A stretch of 64,000 bases of DNA from Escherichia coli (GTDB lineage: Bacteria; Pseudomonadota; Gammaproteobacteria; Enterobacterales; Enterobacteriaceae): NCBI RefSeq assembly GCF_024298765.1, contig NZ_CP101210.1. The stretch is one strand, 5' to 3'. Under the pieces are notes generated by a model, which searched no databases, had not been told where the DNA came from, and saw only the letters and a list, made by a program, of their open reading frames with translations. A program made the position numbers and the translations under genes. The stretch's first letter is position 1. The number at the start of each line of letters is the position of its first letter. Shown piece by piece: positions 57,008 through 64,000 of the stretch.

Positions 57008-57402
57008 ACTGTTATATGGCGAATGACAGCAAAGGCCATTTTGTTACGGCGAAAGAAGCAGCGAAGCACAACCGCCAGGACGTTTTGTGCTGTGTGTCCT
57101 GTGGATGCCCGTTAACACTTCAGCGGGGCAATGACGGACAACCACCGTGGTTTGAACATGACCAGATGACTGTCGCTGAGAAAATCCTGCTGCGATGCAC
57201 CTGGCTTGACCCGGCAGAGAAAGAGGCCCGTCGTTTGCATCTGCAGGGTATGACGGTTCCGGATTATACGGTGAAGGTGAGAAAGTGGTTTTGTGTGATG
57301 TGTGACGAAAATTATGAGGGGGAAAAGTGCTGCCCGAGTTGTGGTACCGGGGTATACAGCAGGGAGGGGGGGCAGGAGGGCAACTGGAAGGATAGGAACT
57401 GA
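56995..57402 (+). CDS. CoiA-like zinc-finger domain protein, paralog 2
   Basis: 135 aa from ATG 56995 preceded by aggagg; CVSCGCPL...PWFEH and WFCVMCDE...CPSCGTGV motifs; overlaps paralog 1 by 13 nt. Confidence 0.55.
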   Translation: MRILNCYMANDSKGHFVTAKEAAKHNRQDVLCCVSCGCPLTLQRGNDGQPPWFEHDQMTVAEKILLRCTWLDPAEKEARRLHLQGMTVPDYTVKVRKWFCVMCDENYEGEKCCPSCGTGVYSREGGQEGNWKDRN

Positions 57403-57685
57403 GCGGTTCAGTCGCGGAAATCAGTTGCAGAGCTGTAATGATATCTCCGGGAGTGCTGCGTTGGTAGGGGCATCCCGGGATAGAGAAATTTTAGCACTTT
57501 GCCCTGAATGATTGTAGACGTCCCGAGTACTCGTACCGGTCTGAGTTATTACAGTTAGATATTCACTTTTTCTCCCGCATACTTCACATCTGTCAACGAC
57601 GGATGAAAAGTGGTTCTTCCGCAACCTGGGTGGAAGAAAATGGATGAAACTTTCTGGCGAACAAGGATCTAAGCTGTTTTAAGTT

Positions 57686-59310
57686 ATGGGCAACGCAATG
57701 CACTCTCTTAAGACACTTCTACAGTTACCTTGCGGATGGCGATGCAGTCGACAAATTATTAGCTCTGACGGTATAACCCTCCATCTCCACGGAAAACGCA
57801 AAACAGCACAATGTCCTGAATGCTTTAAGCGTAGCGACTCTGTTCATAGTTGTCGTCGGCGCCGGATACAGCATCTACCCTGCTCAGGGCAGACGCTATG
57901 GCTTGTATTTTCCGTCCGCCACTGGTACTGCCGTAACCCGGCTTGTTCACGTAAAATTTTTGCCGAGTCGCTTGCTCCCTTCGCCAGTTCACACCAGCAG
58001 TCTTCACAGGCGTTACAAAATTAACAACGTCAACTGGGATTAATAGCTGGAGGTGAGGCTGGAAAACGGGCTGCAACGGCAGTGGGTCTCCGTTGCAGTG
58101 CTGATACTCTTCTTCGCAGGCTTATCAATACCCCGGAGACGAAACAGTCAGGCGCGCCTCATGTCGGTATTGATGAGTGGGCGTGGCATCGGGGCCACTG
58201 CTGCGGTATGTTAATAGTCAATCCTGATACTCACCGTCCCCTCGTCCTGCTTCCCGGCCGTGATCAGCGTACGCTGGCGACCTGGTTCAGAAAATATCCG
58301 GAAATACAGGTTGTCTCGCGTGATCGCAGTGGAGTCTATGCGACAGCAGCACGTGAAGGTGCACCTCAGGCCAGACAGGTGGCCGATCGATGGCACCTGC
58401 TAAAAAATATTGGTGATGAGCCTGAACGAATGATGTACAGACATATGCCTCTGATACGTCTTGTTGTCAGAGAGTTATCACTGAAGAAATCACCTGAGCC
58501 AGAAATATCTGTGCCTGTAGCATCGCTCCGTCGTCTGGAACGCCTTAAACAGCACATCCGCAAAAAACGGCATCAGCGTTGGACAGAGGTTATGGCCCTG
58601 CATAACAAGGGATGTAGTTTCAGGGAAATATCCCGTATTACAGGCCTGTCGCGAGTGACAGTCAGTCGCTGGGTGAGTTCAGGAACATTCCCTGAAATGT
58701 CAACCAGGCCTCCAAAGCGAGGGCTTCTGGACCCATGGAGGGAGTGGTTAAAAGAGCAACGAGAATGTGGTAATTATAACTCCGGCCGGATATGGCGGGA
58801 AATGGTGGCCAGGGGGGTTACAGGCAGTGAAACCATCGTCAGGGATGCTGTTGCCAAATGGCATAAAGGCTGGATCCCACCGGTTACTACTGCCGCAAGA
58901 CTTCCTTCAGTGTCACGGGTAAGCCGCTGGTTGATGCCCTGGAGAATAATCAGGGGTGAAGAAAATTATGCTTTCCGATTTATTAGTCTGATGTGTGAAA
59001 AAGAACCGGAGTTGAAAATAGCGCAGCAACTGGTACTCGAGTTCTACCGTATTCTGAAAACCTAAAATAAATCACAGCTAAGCAGCTGGTTCACTCGGGT
59101 CCACGAAAGCGGCTCAGCAGAACTTCGGTGCGTAGCTGCGGGGATGGAAGCTGATGCTGCGGCTATATGTGAGGCAATCAGCAGTCGCTGGAGTACTGGT
59201 GTTGTCGAAGGTCATGTAAATCGCCTGAAGGTGCTGATACGCCAGATGTATGGTCGAGCCGGACTTGAACTACTTAGGCGGAGGGTAATGAGTCCACTGG
59301 CATGAAAATC
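57686..59310 (+). mobile_element. ISL3-family transposase gene, disrupted (at least three frames)
   Basis: N-terminal zinc-ribbon ORF 57686-58024, DDE-like ORF 58082-59065 (GIDEWAWHRGH..., DRWHLLKN), C-terminal ...WSTGVVEGHVNRLKVLIRQMYGRAGLELLRRRVM in a third frame. Confidence 0.6.
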
Positions 59311-59348
59311 TTCACCCAGGTTGAGGAAGAGCCACTTTTGCACTGTTC

Positions 59349-59677
59349 GTGACAGTATGGCCTTTATGTACTCACTTTGTTACCGGTAGCTGGATCATCA
59401 CTACCGTGCCGCAAATGGTGGTGAACAGCATCAATTGTGGAATGAATGTTGCCGAAGCGACCAATGCGCCTCGTTTCCACCATCAGTGGTTGCCGGACGA
59501 GCTGCGTGTTGAAAAGGGTTTAGTCCGGATACGCTCAAGCTGCTGGAAGCAAAAGGTCAGAAAGTGGCGCTGAATGAGGCGATGGGCAGCACGCAAAGCA
59601 TTATGGTTGGGTCGGATGGTGAGTTGTACGGCGCATCCGACTCGCGCTTGGTGGATGATTTAACGGCGGGGTATTAA
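59349..59677 (+). pseudogene. ggt: gamma-glutamyltranspeptidase 3' fragment, frameshifted
   Basis: ...IITTVPQMVVNSINCGMNVAEATNAPRFHHQWLPDELRVEKG then 1-bp shift to FSPDTLKLLEAKGQKVALNEAMGSTQSIMVGSDGELYGASDSRLVDDLTAGY*; only the C-terminal ~110 codons present. Confidence 0.75.
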
Positions 59678-59716
59678 TTGACATCCCCCGGCGCAATGTG
59701 CCGGGGGATAATGGTT

Positions 59717-60751
59717 TTATGCGGTCAATAATCGTCCGGGATTATCGATACAGAGTTTTTTGAGGATCGTTTTATCGACGCCGCGCTCCGCCAGATAGGC
59801 CAGAAAAACATCTGGAACAAATCCCCAGCCATTACCGCCATTTTTAGCCCACATTTGTTTAAGGAAGACATCGTGGCTGAGAACAAGCTGATCGGCGTAT
59901 CCCAACTCAATGAGATGAGCGACGGCATCGGCAGTCTCCTGCACCCCTGGCGCTATTCCCTCTTTCGGGAAGGTAATGTCTAGGCCAATCATGTCGAATT
60001 CCAGCCAGACACCTTTATCAAGCATTTTCCGCTGATACGCCACGTCTTTTCCTGACGGATCCGAGTGTGCGAGAGAGACTTTATTTGGCGAGACGCCCAT
60101 TTCACCTAACACAATGTCGAGTACTTCATCACCGCGACGAAGCCAGCCCGGCATGTGAATATTCATCGCCACATGAGGATTGTTAATCTGTGCCAGCGAG
60201 GCAGCCCGCAAGCTGTTATGCTCGGCTTCGGTAAATGTCGGTGAGACACCTATTTCACCGATCATTCCGGCACGAATATCCGTATCGCCAATCCCTTGAT
60301 TCAATTCTTTATCGATCGTTGTCGCTAGTTCATCAACCGTTTTATGAATTCTCTGGCTTTCAAATTTTTCCAGGTAGGGACCGGAGGAAGCAACAATATT
60401 CAGACCTGTTTTTAATGCGACTTCTCGTAATGCCTGCGCATCTCGTCCGATAGACTCAGACCCTGTGGCATCAACAATGGTGCGACCACCGAGCGAGATA
60501 AAGTTATTAATTTCGAAGATCACATCTTCAATAGGTTTGCGGTCCATATTATCAGCGCAGCAATAAGGATCGTGTTTTAATGCCCACTGGATTTCTGCCG
60601 TGACTTTTTTATCAACAAGCTGTTGTGAAAAAGGATAGCAAGGAGCATCCACAACAGAGGAAAGATCGTTGAACAGATGTTCATGAGGAAGTGTTAGCCC
60701 CATATCTTCACGGGCGACGGGGCCCGTCACAGTTTGTAGATAATCTTTCAT
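59717..60751 (-). CDS. phosphotriesterase-family (PHP-like) metal hydrolase
   Basis: 344 aa; N-terminal GLTLPHEHLF metal-binding motif. Confidence 0.8.
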   Translation of the reverse strand: MKDYLQTVTGPVAREDMGLTLPHEHLFNDLSSVVDAPCYPFSQQLVDKKVTAEIQWALKHDPYCCADNMDRKPIEDVIFEINNFISLGGRTIVDATGSESIGRDAQALREVALKTGLNIVASSGPYLEKFESQRIHKTVDELATTIDKELNQGIGDTDIRAGMIGEIGVSPTFTEAEHNSLRAASLAQINNPHVAMNIHMPGWLRRGDEVLDIVLGEMGVSPNKVSLAHSDPSGKDVAYQRKMLDKGVWLEFDMIGLDITFPKEGIAPGVQETADAVAHLIELGYADQLVLSHDVFLKQMWAKNGGNGWGFVPDVFLAYLAERGVDKTILKKLCIDNPGRLLTA

Positions 60752-60753
60752 GA

Positions 60754-61718
60754 TTATACCTCCATTTTCTTCATTGTTTTCGAGGCTCTGTATTCCGGAA
60801 TAGTGGTAACAATTGCACCGACCAGTGCAAACAGTGTTCCGATGATCGTGACCAGATAAACGGTATTGCCCAGCGATGGAATTAATACGTCAATCAATAC
60901 TGATCCCAGTAACTGGCCCGCCGTTGAAGCAACCCCCAGCATCAGTAACCCCAGACCTCTGACCAAAATGGCCATTAAACCGATAGACATTAGTCCAAGC
61001 GGGCCGCCAAGATACATCCACCAGACATCTGGTAATTGAACAGTGACGTGCCCTAATGCGACACGAATAGCTAGCGCTGTGCCTAAAACACAAAATCCAA
61101 CGATGAAATTCTAGGTGATTGAAACCAGCATGATCCCGTAGCTTCAGCTACTTTTGCATTTCCAGCGGGCTGCCATCCTGCAAGCAAACCAGCTAAGAAC
61201 GGAAGAATGGCAAGTAAGATGAAAGAGGTAGAATGCCACTGAGGTGACACAACAAAAATCGTAGCAATAACCGCAAATAATGCACCGATGATGCGATAAG
61301 GGGTAAAGTATTTTTTCTCGTCGACACCGATACCAAAGCGATCGCAAAGTAAACCAGACAGCAATAGCGCGGAGATCAGTGCGGTCTGAAACGTTGCGAC
61401 CCCGAGTGCGCTGGCTGATGCGCCTTCAGAAAATACCACCATCGCTCCACAGAGACCGGCAAACCAGTTCCAGAGAGGAACTTTTCGGTTTTTAATCAGA
61501 GAAGGAATTGCCGCAAATTGTTGCCGGGTTTCTTTTCGCGCCATAATAATAAAAAACATCACGACTAAACCACTGGCAAAGGAGATAACTGCGCATGCAT
61601 TACCATCCTGTAACCAGTGACCTAATTGACCATTCACCGCTGATTGCATAGGGGAGAGCATACCCGCAAGAATCGTGGCAAGCATCCATAAGGGAGTTGA
61701 GTACTTATTCTTTTTCAT
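60754..61718 (-). pseudogene. membrane transporter, split into two ORFs by frameshift
   Basis: hydrophobic ORFs 61083-61718 and 60754-61017 in different frames; second frame is open across the junction (…NFIVGFCVLGTALAIRVALG…). Confidence 0.5.
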
Positions 61719-61774
61719 ACATCAATCCTTCTATTATAGTAAATGGAGTAACTGGAGTTACCCCATTATTATTA

Positions 61775-62532
61775 TTATCTTGCAATATGAGTCAGTATAT
61801 TTACCCACAACGCGGTATAGAACGGCCAGGACATAAACTGCTGTGTACCCCAGTGCGGTGAACAGTCACTCATAAAGCAGGCTATTTTCCCGTTGTGATA
61901 GTTACCAAAGACCAGTAATGGAGCGTTGTTTATTGTTAATACCACCTCAGCATTTTCTTTAGCGATCGCCCGGTTATAACCTAGGAAAAAAGGATATTCA
62001 GAGAACCCTTTAATAACTGGATGTTCAGGTTGTGATGGCTGTGCAATAACACCCTCTGGTTTTTCGACACGATCGTCACCATCTAACATCGTAACCGGGA
62101 GCACATCAGCCAGAACTGTATTTTTATAATTGGCTTTTGCTTCAATTCCCATGAATGAGAGATAGCCGCCAATCATCAATAACCCACCACCGTTATTCAC
62201 ATATTCTTTAATCAGTTCGAGAGCGTTTGGTTTTATGCGAAGCTGATAAAAAGTATCATTTTGTAGCAGGAAAGTATTACTACCAATATCACTAATAACG
62301 ATGGCATCATATTGTTCTAACTGTGCCACATCTTCAGGGAAGGCAATTTGTACCGTATGTGCTGGCATATAGGTGACATCTACCTGACTATTTTTCAGAC
62401 ACTGGAGTAACCAGGTGCACCTTCTTCATATTTACTTGAGGTAAAACTGTCATATCCTTTTGAATGAATCATATGAATATGCCAGGATTCCCCAATAAAG
62501 AGCACTTTTAGTGATTTTTTGGTGTTATTCAT
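61775..62532 (-). pseudogene. class-I glutamine amidotransferase-like fold protein, frameshifted near N-terminus
   Basis: ORF 61775-62368 plus upstream MNNTKKSLKVLFIGESWHIHMIHSKGYDSFTSSKYEEGA in another frame. Confidence 0.4.
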
Positions 62533-62643
62533 TCTCTGTCCTTTCTTAATGCGTAAAAATAGTTTGCTGATAATGTATACTCTGAATTCGATGTATCACA
62601 GATTCATGTTCAGGCATGTCGGAAGCATTGCTTGTCTCCACCG

Positions 62644-63755
62644 CTAGGGATGCAAAGGCGCTGGCATAACACAGTGCTGATTCCAGTGATTTTCCTTTCG
62701 CAAGTCCTGATGCCAGAGAGCCGTTAAACGCATCCCCGGCTCCTGCCGTATTTTTAACGACCGCTGGAAACGCTGGCGAATGAATTTTTTGCCATCAAAT
62801 GCGAGCGAGCCCTTGCTACCGAGCGTGATAACCGTGTTTTTTACCCCTTTATTGTGGATAGCTTCTGCAGCTCGTTTAGCTGATTCAAGATCGTGTACGT
62901 CTATGCCGGACAGTAAACCAGCTTCTGTTTCATTGGGGGTGATATAATCAACATCCTGAATAAGTTCGTTGACGATATCATTATAGGGTGCCGGGTTAAT
63001 AATGACCGGGATACTGTTTTTTTGCGCCAATGTGATCGCTTGTTGCAGAGCGGTATAATTTGTTTCGAGCTGCAGAAGTATGACATCAGAATTAATAATC
63101 GCTTCTTTCTGAATAGTTATTTCATCGGACGACATTGTCATGTTGGCACCGGGATAGATCGCAATAACATTATCGCCAGTACCTTCATTAACAAGGATCG
63201 TGGCAGTTCCGGTTTGCGTTTCTTTCGTTTGATAAATTATACTTTTATAAATCTTAGACGAATTCATAAAGTTGATCGCATAATCACTAAAGTGATCTGT
63301 ACCTACTTTTGTTATGAAATAAACATCAGTATCGGCAAAGCTTGCTGCCAGCGCCTGGTTACAGCCTTTTCCCCCGGTGAAAATATAAAATTACTTGCCA
63401 GAAGCGATTCTCCGATAGTGGGAAGCCTCGGCAAATAACTGATGATATCAACATTAAACGAACCAATAACGCATACTTGACTTTTCATAGTTGAGTGGCC
63501 TTTTTTTATTCCCTGGGCTGTATCATAATTTTCAAGCGCATAAGCGATTTCATTTTTCGCAATAGTATCAAGCGAGTCTAGGACGATAAAAGCACCGCCA
63601 TGACATCGAGTCAGATAGCCAAGCCTGGCAAGTTCATTAAGATCTGAACGAATAGTTTCTTTCGTTACATTGAGGCTATTGGACAGATCGGATACTTTTA
63701 CAGAACCGAATTTACTGAGTCGTTTCAATATTTCATGATGGCGTTCAAATTTCAT
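62644..63755 (-). pseudogene. DeoR-type HTH fused or adjacent to PfkB/ribokinase-like sugar kinase, at least two frameshifts
   Basis: N-terminal HTH; kinase region VCVIGSFNVDII...; frame breaks at C5 run (about 63365) and A6 run (about 62790); C-terminal TAGAGDAFNG motif only in shifted frame. Confidence 0.55.
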
Positions 63756-63863
63756 GCTTCACCTCACTTCAGTTACGTTAATATCTGTCGATGTATATTG
63801 ATGTGATAATCACCATAAAGTGGCGGGGAAAAGCAAAAAAAAGCAAAAATAGCCTGAGAAAAG

Positions 63864-64000
63864 GTAAGCGTTAATGGAGAATCATATTGATGCTTATTTA
63901 TTGGTGAGAACTACGTTCCATGGCAGGAGTTCATCAATACGGTTGGAAGGTTATTCCGGCAGTACGCTCAGGATATGGCGCAGATACGCTTCCGGATCAA
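63864..64000 (-). mobile_element. IS66-family element, 3' end (continues beyond window)
   Basis: gtaagcgttaatgg terminal IR at 63864; minus-strand translation ...ELLPWNVVLTNK* parallels the fragment at 36535-36712. Confidence 0.7.

Overview
Enterobacterial (E. coli-type) chromosome segment in four parts. (1) 1-13857: a low-GC O-antigen gene cluster for a fucosylated O-unit (GDP-fucose pathway gmd-fcl-gmm-manC-manB, an alpha-1,2-fucosyltransferase, other glycosyltransferases, an acetyltransferase, wzx, wzy, and two gne/galE-like epimerases), followed by gnd, ugd and wzzB. (2) 18006-25235: the complete his operon on the minus strand (hisLGDCBHAFI) with leader peptide and attenuator. (3) 25485-36199: conserved core genes yefM-yoeB, yeeZ, yeeY, plaP, yeeE, yeeD, sbcB, dacD, sbmC, yeeA, yeeX. 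(4) 36300-64000: a decayed CP4-44/CP4-57-like prophage island with no integrase in the window, carrying cbeA/cbtA-type toxin-antitoxin, radC-like, antirestriction, DUF932, YeeP-like GTPase and alpA genes, IS66 and ISL3 elements, and several frameshifted genes. The most interesting content is an intact, translationally coupled three-gene operon inside the island (41818-46183, minus strand): a dynamin-like GTPase, a coiled-coil partner and a patatin-like phospholipase, preceded by a cluster of three GATC sites and flanked by two small secreted proteins. I propose it as a candidate, apparently uncharacterised, membrane-targeting defence or abortive-infection module, possibly under Dam-dependent phase-variable control. 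All calls rest on reading the translations and sequence by eye; no database search was run.
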